From assembly GCA_017442585.1 (NCBI GenBank), contig JAFRZM010000053.1:27012-91011 (forward strand): DNA of 64,000 bases. Direction: 5' to 3'. Positions 37,450-48,263 of the stretch are shown in pieces. Source of the DNA: Lachnospiraceae bacterium. Its GTDB lineage: Bacteria > Bacillota > Clostridia > Lachnospirales > Lachnospiraceae. Within the stretch, counting starts at the first letter, position 1. Every line of letters starts with the position of its first letter. A program made the position numbers and the translations under genes. The notes under the pieces are model-generated. The model was not told where the DNA came from. It did not search any database and was given only the letters and a program-made list of their open reading frames with translations.

Positions 37450-39279
37450 TTGAAAAACGGAAGAAGAGGGATATTTTTATATTTCTTACTCATTCTTGTG
37501 GTTATCGGAGTGTGGATATTCTTCGACAGAATGTCTATCGTTGACGATAATTACAATAAGACCAATCTTGCCGAAGATATAAAGGCTGGAAAGGTAAGCG
37601 AGATAACGATTGAGCAGGCGAGAGAAGTGCCGACCGGTATCTTAAAGGTTAAGATTAACAGTAACGGCGGTTCCGAGATCAAGGTTATGGCTACATCAGA
37701 TGTATCTGACACGGTTAAGCTTCTGGAATCACTTGATTTTACAAAATATAAACTGACGGAGGTTCCGCAGGAAAGTTTCCTTAAGGATCTTTTACCGTTA
37801 CTCCTCGTATTTGCGGCGATGTTTATCCTTTTCATGATAGTGATAGGAAGACAAAACGCAGCATCGGGCGGTGGCGGCGGAGTCAGAAATGATTTCGTAA
37901 GAAGCCATGCGCACCTTCACGAGAAAGATAATATTGACGTTAACTTTACAAATGTAGCGGGCTTACAGGAGGAAAAAGAGGAACTTGCAGAGATCGTCGA
38001 TTTCTTAAAGGCTCCGCAAAAGTATACAGATCTTGGCGCAAGAATTCCTAAGGGACTTATCTTGGTAGGCCCTCCGGGAACAGGTAAGACACTTCTTGCA
38101 AAAGCAGTAGCCGGTGAAGCAGGCGTACCGTTCTTCTCGATATCGGGTTCCGATTTCGTAGAGCTTTATGTCGGTGTCGGTGCGGCTCGTGTAAGAGACC
38201 TTTTTGCTGAAGCTAAAAAGAATGCACCGTGCATCGTATTCATCGATGAGATTGATGCGGTAGCGCGTCATAGAGGTTCGGGTCTTGGCGGCGGACATGA
38301 TGAAAGAGAGCAGACATTAAACCAGCTCCTTGTTGAAATGGACGGATTTGCCAATAACCAGGGTATAATTGTTATGGCGGCTACAAACCGTGTTGATATC
38401 TTAGACCACGCTATTATGCGTCCGGGAAGATTCGACAGAAAGGTTTATGTAGGAAAGCCTGATCTTAAGGCCCGCCGTGAGATCTTAGATGTTCATGTAA
38501 AGAATAAACCATTAGGCGATGATGTAGATCTTGATAAGGTAGCAAAGACAACATCCGGATTTGTCGGTGCCGATCTTGAAAACCTTATGAATGAAGCAGC
38601 AATAGCTGCCGCGCGAGATGATCGTAAATACATCGTGATGGAAGATATAAGAAAGAGCTTTATTAAGACAGGTATCGGTACAGAAAAGAAGAGCCGTGTC
38701 GTAAGCGAGAAAGAGCGCAAGATTACTGCGTACCATGAAGCGGGACATGCAATTCTCTTCCATGTACTTCCTGATGTCGGACCTGTATATACGGTATCCA
38801 TTATCCCTACAGGTGCATCCGCGGCAGGATATACAATGCCTTTGGACGATAATGATGATATGTTCCATACAAAGGGCGAGATGCTTCAGGATATTATAGT
38901 ATCGCTTGGTGGACGTGTGGCCGAGGAACTTATATTTGACGATATAACAACCGGAGCTTCACAGGATATAAAGGTTGCAACAAAAGCAGCCCGTGCCATG
39001 ATAATGAAATATGGTATGTCAGAGAATATCGGACTTATGAGTCTTGATAATGACGATTCCGAAGTTTACATCGGACGTGATATTGCACATACAAGACCGT
39101 ACGGTGAAGATGTTGCAGGCGCCGTAGATAAGGAAGTTAAAAAGATTATCGATGAGTGCCATGAAAAAGCCAGAAAGCTTATCAATGAGAACATTGATGT
39201 TCTTCATAAGACAGCCGATCTTCTTCTTGAGAAAGAAAAGATTACAAAAGAAGAGTTTGAAGCATTATTTGAAGCTTAA
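37450..39279 (+). CDS. ftsH: ATP-dependent zinc metalloprotease FtsH
   Basis: Two TMs, [11 protein letters not shown] region, HEAGH zinc motif; TTG start. Confidence 0.98.
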   Translation: MKNGRRGIFLYFLLILVVIGVWIFFDRMSIVDDNYNKTNLAEDIKAGKVSEITIEQAREVPTGILKVKINSNGGSEIKVMATSDVSDTVKLLESLDFTKYKLTEVPQESFLKDLLPLLLVFAAMFILFMIVIGRQNAASGGGGGVRNDFVRSHAHLHEKDNIDVNFTNVAGLQEEKEELAEIVDFLKAPQKYTDLGARIPKGLILVGPPGTGKTLLAKAVAGEAGVPFFSISGSDFVELYVGVGAARVRDLFAEAKKNAPCIVFIDEIDAVARHRGSGLGGGHDEREQTLNQLLVEMDGFANNQGIIVMAATNRVDILDHAIMRPGRFDRKVYVGKPDLKARREILDVHVKNKPLGDDVDLDKVAKTTSGFVGADLENLMNEAAIAAARDDRKYIVMEDIRKSFIKTGIGTEKKSRVVSEKERKITAYHEAGHAILFHVLPDVGPVYTVSIIPTGASAAGYTMPLDDNDDMFHTKGEMLQDIIVSLGGRVAEELIFDDITTGASQDIKVATKAARAMIMKYGMSENIGLMSLDNDDSEVYIGRDIAHTRPYGEDVAGAVDKEVKKIIDECHEKARKLINENIDVLHKTADLLLEKEKITKEEFEALFEA

Positions 39280-39291
39280 TATGTATAGAGT

Positions 39292-39326
39292 AAACTGCGG
39301 CAGAAACTTGCCGCAGTTTTGTTTTT
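39292..39326 (+). terminator. Terminator after ftsH
   Basis: AAACTGCGGCA/TGCCGCAGTTT stem followed by Ts. Confidence 0.88.
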
Positions 39327-39553
39327 AGGTAAAGGCAGCACTTATAATTGTTTAAATTGTCGTTAGATGAAGACAATTCACCTTAAAGTTTACGAAAATG
39401 AATTTCGTTTGTGCATATATCACAAAAAACGTTTTCGCAAGCTGTAAATTTTGGTAAACGTTACAGCGATACGTATGGTATTATAATAGACGTAAACCCC
39501 CAATACATTATATAATTTTTGCTAACCCCATAGTAAAAATACCTTCTCCTAAA

Positions 39554-39582
39554 AGGCAACCATTAGTGGTTGTCCTTTTTTT
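39554..39582 (+). terminator. Terminator-like hairpin ~100 bp upstream of the TetR-kinase gene
   Basis: GGCAACCA-ttag-TGGTTGTC followed by a T-run. Confidence 0.6.
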
Positions 39583-39680
39583 GTGATTTAATCGTGAAAG
39601 CGCTTGCGGGTGCAACATTTTTCCCCTATACTGATTTTAAAATCAATATTGAGCTGTTTTCTTTTCATGAGGGCAAAACA

Positions 39681-42600
39681 TTGGAAAACAAAAGAAAGAA
39701 TACCGGCAGCAGGACTAGAATCCTTAACGCTGCAATAAAAGAATTCGGAGAAAGAGGCTACACGAATGCGAAACTTTCGGATATTGCAAAGCGTGCGAAT
39801 GTGTCTTACGGACTTATTTCCGCACACTTTGGTTCGAAGGAAGAGCTTTTGCGGGCCTCTTTGCGCGTAGTAGACGAAAATCTTATATTCCCGGTGCGTG
39901 AAGGAGCAACTCTTCACGAGATATTGGACGGGCTTATTACCGCGCTTAAGGACATTGGTTATTATAAGCGAGATATGTTTGAGTTTCTTTACGCGGTTCT
40001 TGTTGGGAAAGATATTCCGGAACGTGTAATGAAGCTTTTGTCGGCAGGATTTAAGGATACCAGATTCTTTGTTGATGGAGAAAACGATAAAAAGTTTGAT
40101 TTTAAAGCATGCAATACATTTTTAAAAGCCGTAATGGAAGTAATGCATGCGGAGTTTATAACGGGTCGCACATTCTCAGATAATATGGTTCTTTTGTCAC
40201 TCCTTAATGCTGATAAGATACAGGATAGAAGCGAAGTCGCGGTTAAAAAGGAGTTAAGCAATACTTATAAGGAATTAAATGAATACACAGCCGTAACTAA
40301 CCTTCTTGCGAAAAAGTACATATCAATTATGTATGTAAATATAGAAGACGGCTCAACGGAATTTGTGCGTATAAATAGGACACTTGGCGACCAACCGTTA
40401 AAAAAAGGCAATTTCTTTGAGCGTCTAGAAGAATATCTTAAGGAATTTTCGGCTAAAGAAGACCGCGCACGAATACTTAAATTCGTAAATAAGAAAAATA
40501 TACTTAAAGGTCTTAAGGAAAAAGAAACTATTGCAGAGTCTTACCAGGACCTTTCGACAGGAACACCGTTCCACAACCTTATCCAGATAACCAGAGGAAT
40601 GGATGAAGGGCATATAGGCGTTTCTTTCCTTGATATTGACGATACGGTACGAGCAGACAGAGAACGTCAGGCGGAAATTGCGGTAGAAAAGAGGGAAAAG
40701 GCAGAACTTATACGAGATGCGGAGCTTTACAGACAGGCCGTTCTTTTGCATGCGGATACATACTGGAAGGTGAATGTTTCGAAGAATAAGACCGTAACGC
40801 AACCTGTATTAGGAAGGGAAGCGACATTTGAAAGGAAGAAAGGCATATATGACGACAAACTTGACGATTATGACGGAGCATTGTCTTCATATGCATATGA
40901 TTATGTTGATAAAGCAGAGCGTAGAGGCTTTATCGAAGCGATGGGTAAGGACGGTTTAACTGCGGCATATGAAGATGGATATACAATGCCTGAGATAACG
41001 GTAAAGATTTTGTTTGAGGGCAAGGTACTGTATAGGCGTTTTCTTGCATATCTTTCCGAGTTTGAAGAAGACGGTGATATTTATGCCATGATCGTAGTAT
41101 ATAACGTTACCGATCAGTTTAAGGCTCTCCGCGAGGTTGAGGAGCGAGAAAATGCAATAAAGCAAAGCGTTGAGACTCTTTTCCAGGTTACTAATCCGGA
41201 TGAGGCATTAAGACGTATACTTTTAACCATCTTGGATTATTATAAAGCTGATAGAACCAGAATATATGAGTTCAGTAAAGATGGGGAATATGCATCGCTT
41301 ACTTATGAATGGTGTAAAAAAGGTGTAAGGCGCCTAAAACAAGAGTCCCAAAGGATGCCGATGAGGTATTTTTCAAAATGGCTTTCGGCTTTTGAGAAAA
41401 ATTCGGATATTGTTATAAAATCGATTCCTAATGGCATGGATAAACGAACGGCTATGTATAAGCGCTTTACTGCACATGGGATTGAAAGCATAATGGTTAC
41501 GCCGTTTATGTCGGACGGTGTGCCGGTTGGATTTATCGGTGTCGATAATGCAAAAGAACATCTGGAAGATTTCCATGTAATGAAGATTAATGCGATTCTT
41601 GCGTATAGTGAGATCTTACGCCGTAAACAGACCGACGAAGAGCACGTCGTATCGGAACACATTTATCAAAACTTCCAGTCGGTATATTATGCAGACTTTA
41701 TTACAGATTATGTCTGTGCGTATAAGACGGATGACCGATTAAAGGAAAGTATTGCGGAAAGCAGAAGATACTCGATGTTTATTCGTGACTATATTGCAAA
41801 TATCATAGCACCGAGTAATAGCGACAGATGTAGCGTAATGCTTAATCCGCATTACATTATGGAACAGTTTAAAAACACGGATACGGTAGAAGTGCCTTAT
41901 CTTTCAAACACCGGCCAGCAGATAGCGTTTAAGTTTATTAAAGCTAATGATGAAGGAACCGTAGCGGTTATTTGCGAGATTGATAATACTGCGATTGTTG
42001 AAAGCGAGCGTCAAAATCAAGAACGCCTTGAGGAAGCAAGAAAGCAGGCGGAAGCCGCAAACGAAGCAAAGTCAAGATTCCTTTTCAACATGTCGCATGA
42101 CATAAGAACGCCTATGAATGCGATAATGGGCTTTACAGAGCTTGCTGAGGAAAAAGCGACAGACCCTGAAGCTGTAAAAGGATATTTAGGTAAGGTGCGA
42201 GAAGCAAATGAATATCTCATGTCGTTGCTTGATGATGTACTTGATATGGCACGTATCGAAGCCGGCAAACTTAAGGTTGAAGAGACAATTTCTGACATAA
42301 GAACCAACGTAACGGAGATTGTAAGTATCTTAAAACCGATGGCGGAAGAAAAGGATCTTAAGTTTGGATTCGATATTTCCGGAGTAAAGCATTATAATAT
42401 ATGGGAAGATAAACTTCGTGTAAGGCAGATATTGATAAATGTTTTAACCAATTCTTTTAAGTATTCTTACGACAAAGGAACGGTATCTTTTACGATAAAA
42501 GAGGAACCGTCCGAAAAAGAAGGATATGCAAGATATTGTTTTATCATAAAGGATAACGGTATCGGTATGAGCGAAGAATTCCTGTCGAAAATTTATAATC

Positions 42601-43205
42601 AGTTTGAGCGAGCCGACAATTCCGCCATTGTTAAAGCAAAGGGCACGGGCCTCGGAATGGCTATCGTTAAGAGACTTGTCGATATATTGAACGGTACCAT
42701 TGATATAAAGAGTAAGGAAAGTTTTGGTACGACAGTTACGATATGTTTTGATTTTAGGATAGCGCAAAAGACTGAGAAGGAATATAATAAACAGGTAGAG
42801 GAATCTTTGACAGTTGATTCATTTAAAGATAAACGAGTTCTTCTTGTTGAAGATAATTCTTTAAATCGCGAAATCATGGAGAATATTCTTCGTAAGTTCA
42901 AGATGAAGGTGCGTTATGCCGAAAACGGTGAAGAAGCAATCAAAGTTCTTAATGAATCTAGAAGATGTAGCTTTGACCTCGTTTTGATGGACATTCAGAT
43001 GCCAAAGATGAATGGATACGAGGCGACGCGGTTTATAAGAAAGATGTCCGATAAGGATAAGGCAGGCGTGCCGATTATTGCGATGACTGCCAATGCCTTT
43101 GAGGAGGATAAACGCGAAGCGTTAAATGCAGGTATGAACGATCATATCGCAAAGCCTATAAGCTCAAAGGAACTGATACAGGCGATGCATCGCGTGTTGG
43201 ATTAG
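39681..43205 (+). CDS. Hybrid histidine kinase: TetR HTH, PAS-like, GAF, HisKA, HATPase, receiver
   Basis: RILNAAIKEFGERGY..LSDIAKRANVSYGLISAHFGSKEEL (TetR); FIGVDN (GAF); MSHDIRTPMN; GTGLG; LLVEDN..LMDIQMP..HIAKP. Start at TTG 39681 is inferred. Confidence 0.9.
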   Translation: MENKRKNTGSRTRILNAAIKEFGERGYTNAKLSDIAKRANVSYGLISAHFGSKEELLRASLRVVDENLIFPVREGATLHEILDGLITALKDIGYYKRDMFEFLYAVLVGKDIPERVMKLLSAGFKDTRFFVDGENDKKFDFKACNTFLKAVMEVMHAEFITGRTFSDNMVLLSLLNADKIQDRSEVAVKKELSNTYKELNEYTAVTNLLAKKYISIMYVNIEDGSTEFVRINRTLGDQPLKKGNFFERLEEYLKEFSAKEDRARILKFVNKKNILKGLKEKETIAESYQDLSTGTPFHNLIQITRGMDEGHIGVSFLDIDDTVRADRERQAEIAVEKREKAELIRDAELYRQAVLLHADTYWKVNVSKNKTVTQPVLGREATFERKKGIYDDKLDDYDGALSSYAYDYVDKAERRGFIEAMGKDGLTAAYEDGYTMPEITVKILFEGKVLYRRFLAYLSEFEEDGDIYAMIVVYNVTDQFKALREVEERENAIKQSVETLFQVTNPDEALRRILLTILDYYKADRTRIYEFSKDGEYASLTYEWCKKGVRRLKQESQRMPMRYFSKWLSAFEKNSDIVIKSIPNGMDKRTAMYKRFTAHGIESIMVTPFMSDGVPVGFIGVDNAKEHLEDFHVMKINAILAYSEILRRKQTDEEHVVSEHIYQNFQSVYYADFITDYVCAYKTDDRLKESIAESRRYSMFIRDYIANIIAPSNSDRCSVMLNPHYIMEQFKNTDTVEVPYLSNTGQQIAFKFIKANDEGTVAVICEIDNTAIVESERQNQERLEEARKQAEAANEAKSRFLFNMSHDIRTPMNAIMGFTELAEEKATDPEAVKGYLGKVREANEYLMSLLDDVLDMARIEAGKLKVEETISDIRTNVTEIVSILKPMAEEKDLKFGFDISGVKHYNIWEDKLRVRQILINVLTNSFKYSYDKGTVSFTIKEEPSEKEGYARYCFIIKDNGIGMSEEFLSKIYNQFERADNSAIVKAKGTGLGMAIVKRLVDILNGTIDIKSKESFGTTVTICFDFRIAQKTEKEYNKQVEESLTVDSFKDKRVLLVEDNSLNREIMENILRKFKMKVRYAENGEEAIKVLNESRRCSFDLVLMDIQMPKMNGYEATRFIRKMSDKDKAGVPIIAMTANAFEEDKREALNAGMNDHIAKPISSKELIQAMHRVLD

Positions 43206-43234
43206 TAGAATTAAAAGAAAAGGAGATAAATATT

Positions 43235-43954
43235 ATGGCAACACCACATAACAGAGCTGAGAAAGGCGCATTTGCAAAAACAGTTTTAATGCCGGGCGAT
43301 CCGCTCCGCGCAAAATTTATCGCAGATACATTTATGGAGAATGTAGTTTTGGTAAACGATGTAAGAAATATGCTTGGTTTCACGGGAACATATAAGGGTA
43401 AGAAGGTATCCGTTATGGCGAGCGGTATGGGAATGCCAAGTATCGGTATCTATTCTTACGAACTTTATAAATTCTACGATGTTGATAACATCATAAGAAT
43501 CGGATCTTCGGGTTCATACACAAAGGATCTTGACGTACTTGACGTATGTCTTGCAAAGTATGCATATTCGGATTCTACATTCGCAAAGATGCAAAGCGGC
43601 GAGAGCGCTCATACACTTTATCCTTCAAAGGAATTAAATGAGAGAATTTTGGATAAGGCCAAAGAGCTCGGTATCGAGTGTAAAGAAGCAGCAGTTCATT
43701 CCGCAGACGTATTCTACGTAGAAGATTCATTGGAGTCTTTTGAAGAAATTCGCGAAAGAACAAAGACAGATTGCGTAGAGATGGAAAGCTTCGCCCTCTT
43801 CCATAATGCTAACGTATTAGGTAAAAGAGCAGCTTGTCTTCTTACTATCTCTGATTCATTCGTTACAAAGACAGAGATTGACGCAGATAAGAGACAGGTG
43901 GCATTTAAAGATATGATGAAGATTGCGCTTGAAACAGCAATCTCATACGAATAA
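43235..43954 (+). CDS. deoD: Purine nucleoside phosphorylase (DeoD type)
   Basis: MATPH, MPGDPLRAK, GMGMPS, IIRIGS, VEMES. Confidence 0.97.
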   Translation: MATPHNRAEKGAFAKTVLMPGDPLRAKFIADTFMENVVLVNDVRNMLGFTGTYKGKKVSVMASGMGMPSIGIYSYELYKFYDVDNIIRIGSSGSYTKDLDVLDVCLAKYAYSDSTFAKMQSGESAHTLYPSKELNERILDKAKELGIECKEAAVHSADVFYVEDSLESFEEIRERTKTDCVEMESFALFHNANVLGKRAACLLTISDSFVTKTEIDADKRQVAFKDMMKIALETAISYE

Positions 43955-43981
43955 TCATAATTGGATAATTTGAGGTAAGAT

Positions 43982-45151
43982 ATGAATAGACGAGTATTCT
44001 TAATAGTTCTGGACAGCTTCGGTATAGGTTACGAGCCTGATGCCGATAAGTTCGGTGATGTCGGAGCAAATACAATTAAGTCTTGCATGACATCCAAAGA
44101 ATTCGATACAAAGACCATGGGCAAGATGGGATTATTCAATATCGACGGCGTTGAAGGTGGAGAAAAGTGTGCTGCACCTATAGGTTCTTACGGCCGTTTA
44201 CAGGAACGTTCCATGGGAAAAGATACAACCATAGGACACTGGGAGATTGCAGGTATCGTATCCCCTAAGCCGCTTCCTACATTCCCTGACGGATTCCCGG
44301 AAAAGACAATAAAAGAATTCGAAGAGAAAACAGGACGTAAAGTATTATGTAATAAACCGTATTCGGGAACACAGGTTATCGCAGATTACGGCGAAGAGCA
44401 TATGAAGACAGGTGCTTTAATCGTTTATACGTCTGCAGACTCCGTATTCCAGATAGCTGCACACGAGGACATTGTTCCGATTGAAGAGCTTTATAGATAT
44501 TGTGAGATTGCGCGTAACATGCTTAAAGGTGATGTCGGTGTAGGTCGTGTTATTGCACGTCCGTTTATCGGTAAGCCGGGTGCATTTGAGAGAACTTCAA
44601 GAAGACATGATTATTCTCTTACACCGCCGAAGGATACAATGCTTGAGGCACTTATCAATGCAGGTTACAAGACACTTGGCGTAGGTAAGATTTATGATAT
44701 CTTTGCAGGTGCGGGAATTCAGGATACTGTACGTATTCAGAATAACTCTGATGGTATGGTTAAAACCTTGGAGCGCCAGGGTTGGGACTTTAACGGTTTA
44801 TGCTTTGTAAACCTTGTTGATTTCGATATGGTTTACGGACATAGACGTGATATCGACGGCTATGCAAAGGCTCTTACAACATTCGATAAAGAGATTACAG
44901 AATTCATCGGCAAGATGCGTGATGAAGATATCCTTATGATAACTGCAGATCACGGATGCGATCCGGGATTTACGGGAACAGACCATACAAGAGAGTATAT
45001 TCCACTTCTTGTATACGGTAAGGATATCAAGGAAGGTGTAAATATCGGTACGAGAACGACATTCTCCGATATCGCCGCAACAATCCTTGATATATTTAAC
45101 GTTCCGAATAATACCGACGGAACAAGCTTTAAGGATATGATATTAAAATAG
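43982..45151 (+). CDS. deoB: Phosphopentomutase
   Basis: IVLDSFGIG, GKDTTIGHWE, NLVDFD..YGHRRD, TADHGCDP, DHTRE. Confidence 0.97.
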   Translation: MNRRVFLIVLDSFGIGYEPDADKFGDVGANTIKSCMTSKEFDTKTMGKMGLFNIDGVEGGEKCAAPIGSYGRLQERSMGKDTTIGHWEIAGIVSPKPLPTFPDGFPEKTIKEFEEKTGRKVLCNKPYSGTQVIADYGEEHMKTGALIVYTSADSVFQIAAHEDIVPIEELYRYCEIARNMLKGDVGVGRVIARPFIGKPGAFERTSRRHDYSLTPPKDTMLEALINAGYKTLGVGKIYDIFAGAGIQDTVRIQNNSDGMVKTLERQGWDFNGLCFVNLVDFDMVYGHRRDIDGYAKALTTFDKEITEFIGKMRDEDILMITADHGCDPGFTGTDHTREYIPLLVYGKDIKEGVNIGTRTTFSDIAATILDIFNVPNNTDGTSFKDMILK

Positions 45152-45161
45152 AGGTTTAAAA

Positions 45162-45581
45162 ATGACAGATATAGAACTTGTAAAAGAAGCGTTTGAAGCG
45201 AGGAAGAATTCTTATTCTCCGTATTCGGAATTTAAAGTAGGTGCCGCACTTTTGACAAAAGACGGTAAAGTGTACAGAGGATGTAATATCGAGAATTCTT
45301 CTTACGGTGCGACTAACTGCGCTGAACGTACCGCAATATTTAAAGCGGTATCGGAAGGTGAAAGACATTTTACGGCGATAGCTATCGTGGGATTTAAAGA
45401 TGGAGTAACTCCTGGCTTGGAAGAATACGCATATCCTTGCGGTGTATGTCGTCAGGTAATGCGCGAATTCGTTAATCCTAAGGAGTTTAGAATTATCGTG
45501 GCATCCGGAGAAGATCATTTTAAGAGCTTTACGTTGGAAGAGCTTTTACCTTGTAGCTTTGAACCGGAGAATTTGTTATAA
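45162..45581 (+). CDS. cdd: Cytidine deaminase
   Basis: YSPYSEFKVGAA, NCAERTA, PCGVCRQ. Confidence 0.97.
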   Translation: MTDIELVKEAFEARKNSYSPYSEFKVGAALLTKDGKVYRGCNIENSSYGATNCAERTAIFKAVSEGERHFTAIAIVGFKDGVTPGLEEYAYPCGVCRQVMREFVNPKEFRIIVASGEDHFKSFTLEELLPCSFEPENLL

Positions 45582-45628
45582 GGGGATATAAAAGCCCATA
45601 AAAGTGTTGTATAAAGGGGTAATGTATC

Positions 45629-46951
45629 ATGAGAATGGTAGATTTGATTTTAAAGAAAAAGAGGGGAGAAGCCCTTACGAAAGAGGAAATCGACTTTGTC
45701 GTAACCAATTTCGTAAACGGTGAAATCCCTGATTATCAGATGTCGGCATTCCTTATGGCAGTATGCTTTAAAGGAATGACGAAGGAAGAGACGGCTATAT
45801 TTACCGATGCTTTTGCGCATTCGGGAGATATGGTAGATCTTTCCGCAATAAAGGGCATTAAAGTTGATAAGCACTCGACAGGCGGTGTCGGTGATAAGAC
45901 TACGCTTGTTATCGCACCAATCGTTGCATCATGTGGCGTTAAGGTTGCGAAGATGTCCGGTCGTGGACTCGGTCACACAGGCGGTACAATTGATAAGCTT
46001 GAGGCTATTCCGGGATTTAATACAACTATCGATAAGGACAGATTCTTCGAGATAGTAAATGAAATCGGTGTAAGCGTTATCGGACAGTCGGGTAACTTAA
46101 CACCTGCAGATAAGAAGTGCTACGCGCTTAGAGATGTCACGGGAACGGTTGATTCGATTCCGTTAATCGCTATATCAATCATGAGTAAGAAACTCGCCGC
46201 TGGATCCGATTGCATCTTACTTGACGTAAAGACCGGAAGCGGTGCCTTTATGAAGACAGTTGACGATTCAATCGAGCTTGCAAAGACAATGGTTGATATC
46301 GGTACAAACTGCGGCAGAAAGGTTGTAGCGTTAATCACCGATATGGATATTCCACTCGGAGATAACATCGGTAACGCGTTGGAAGTTATAGAAGCAATTG
46401 AAACATTAAAGGGACAGGGTCCTAAGGACTTAACGGAAGTTTGTATCGAACTTGCCGCAAACATGCTTTACATGGCAAAGATGGGCGATATTGATAAATG
46501 CCGTAAGATGGTTAAAGATAAAATCGAAAGTGGCGAAGCTTTACAGGTACTTGCAAAGATGGCAAAGGCCCAGGGCGGAGATCCTGAATACATTCTTCAT
46601 CCGGAGAAGTTTACAATTGCACCGGTAAAGGTTGAGGTAAAAGCGGAAAAAGATGGTTTTATTTCACACATGGATGCTGAGGGAATCGGTATTTCGTCAA
46701 CTATGCTCGGCGCAGGTCGTGAAACAAAGGAAAGTGTTATCGACTTTGGAGCAGGTATAAAGCTTGTAAAGAAGACACATGATAAGGTAAGTAAAGGCGA
46801 TACTATTGCAATACTTTATACATCTGATGAGAAACTCGTAGAAAATGCAAAGGCAAGATTCTTAAAGAGTGTTACAATAGAGGATAAGGACAGCAAGGTA
46901 GATCCGCTTATATTTGCAAGAGTTACACATGACAACATAGAAAGGTATTAG
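45629..46951 (+). CDS. pdp: Pyrimidine-nucleoside phosphorylase
   Basis: DKHSTGGVGDK, KMSGRGLGHTGGTIDKLE, ADKK.YALRD, SIMSKK. Confidence 0.97.
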   Translation: MRMVDLILKKKRGEALTKEEIDFVVTNFVNGEIPDYQMSAFLMAVCFKGMTKEETAIFTDAFAHSGDMVDLSAIKGIKVDKHSTGGVGDKTTLVIAPIVASCGVKVAKMSGRGLGHTGGTIDKLEAIPGFNTTIDKDRFFEIVNEIGVSVIGQSGNLTPADKKCYALRDVTGTVDSIPLIAISIMSKKLAAGSDCILLDVKTGSGAFMKTVDDSIELAKTMVDIGTNCGRKVVALITDMDIPLGDNIGNALEVIEAIETLKGQGPKDLTEVCIELAANMLYMAKMGDIDKCRKMVKDKIESGEALQVLAKMAKAQGGDPEYILHPEKFTIAPVKVEVKAEKDGFISHMDAEGIGISSTMLGAGRETKESVIDFGAGIKLVKKTHDKVSKGDTIAILYTSDEKLVENAKARFLKSVTIEDKDSKVDPLIFARVTHDNIERY

Positions 46952-46955
46952 AAAA

Positions 46956-47603
46956 ATGGAAGTAAAAGAAATATTATCACACGTAGATCATACAGAACTT
47001 AAGGCATTTGCTACATGGGAGCAGATAAAGAAACTCTGTGAGGAGTCATTAAAGTACGGTACCGCATCGGTATGCGTTCCGCCTACATATATCAAGAGAA
47101 TCAACGACGAATTTAACGGTAAGGTTAATATTTGTACAGTTATCGGATTCCCTTTAGGATATTCGGTTACTGAGGCAAAGGTATGCGAAGCTAAGAAGGC
47201 TATTGAAGACGGTGCATCTGAGATTGATACTGTTATCAATATCTGCGATGTTAAAAACGGTAACTTTGATGCTGTTGAAAAAGAGCTTCTTGCAATCCGT
47301 GAAGCTACAAAGGGCAAGATTTTAAAGGTTATAATCGAGACATGCTACTTAACCGAAGAAGAAAAGATTAAAATGTGCGAAATCGTAACGCGCGTTAAGG
47401 CAGATTATATTAAGACTTCAACAGGCTTTGGTACTGCAGGTGCTACGATGGAAGATATTAAGCTCTTTAAGGAGCATATAGGTCCTGATGTTAAGATGAA
47501 GGCAGCAGGCGGTATAAGAACGAGAGAGGATATGGAAGGATATCTTGCACTCGGAACCGACAGACTCGGTTGCAGTGCGGCAATGAAACTCGTGGAGGGT
47601 TAA
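46956..47603 (+). CDS. deoC: Deoxyribose-phosphate aldolase
   Basis: DHTELK, CTVIGFPLG, KVIIET, IKTSTG, KAAGGIR. Confidence 0.97.
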   Translation: MEVKEILSHVDHTELKAFATWEQIKKLCEESLKYGTASVCVPPTYIKRINDEFNGKVNICTVIGFPLGYSVTEAKVCEAKKAIEDGASEIDTVINICDVKNGNFDAVEKELLAIREATKGKILKVIIETCYLTEEEKIKMCEIVTRVKADYIKTSTGFGTAGATMEDIKLFKEHIGPDVKMKAAGGIRTREDMEGYLALGTDRLGCSAAMKLVEG

Positions 47604-47609
47604 TCAGTC

Positions 47610-48263
47610 ATGGTTGAGGGGACAGGCGAAGAAAAAGTTTTAAATTCCCACGAAAAAGAGTGGGAATATGTCGAGAAGCTTTTTAAAGAAAGCGGAAAGG
47701 ATACGTTTGGCGGCGGTTCAATATGCGATTATCCGTTCAGATCGCGATTTGAACATACAAAAAGAGTCTACAGGTGGTTACATCGTTTGCTTGATGATGT
47801 GGGTGCGGTAGACTTGGTAGCTATGGAACTTGCCATAATATTTCATGACGTAGGGTATGTCAAAGGTGAAAATGCCGGACATGCTGCTGTTTCTGCGGAT
47901 ATTTTTAAAGAGTATGCGCTCAAAAACGCGCTTTTTCCTGAAAAACAAGACTTAATAGAGTACTTAATAAGAAATCATAATAAAAAAGACCTTCTTCGTC
48001 GTGGCGAAAAAGACGAGCTTATCTTAATCATGGAAGCTGACATAATGGACGAGGAAGGTGCGATGAGAGTCGCTTGGGATAACATGGCAGCAGGTGTCAT
48101 CGGAGTTAAAAGCTTTAAAGAAAGCTTAAACCGTACGGAGAAATATTTTAATCCGCAGTACAATCCGATGGTAACACCTCTTGCACATGATCTCTTCGAG
48201 GACAAGCAGCAGTTTGTTCGCGATTATATAAAAAGAATGAAAGAAGATTTGGGAGAAATTTAA
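47610..48263 (+). CDS. HD-domain phosphohydrolase
   Basis: RFEHTKRV, IFHDVGY, GHA, RNHN, EADIMD. Confidence 0.85.
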   Translation: MVEGTGEEKVLNSHEKEWEYVEKLFKESGKDTFGGGSICDYPFRSRFEHTKRVYRWLHRLLDDVGAVDLVAMELAIIFHDVGYVKGENAGHAAVSADIFKEYALKNALFPEKQDLIEYLIRNHNKKDLLRRGEKDELILIMEADIMDEEGAMRVAWDNMAAGVIGVKSFKESLNRTEKYFNPQYNPMVTPLAHDLFEDKQQFVRDYIKRMKEDLGEI

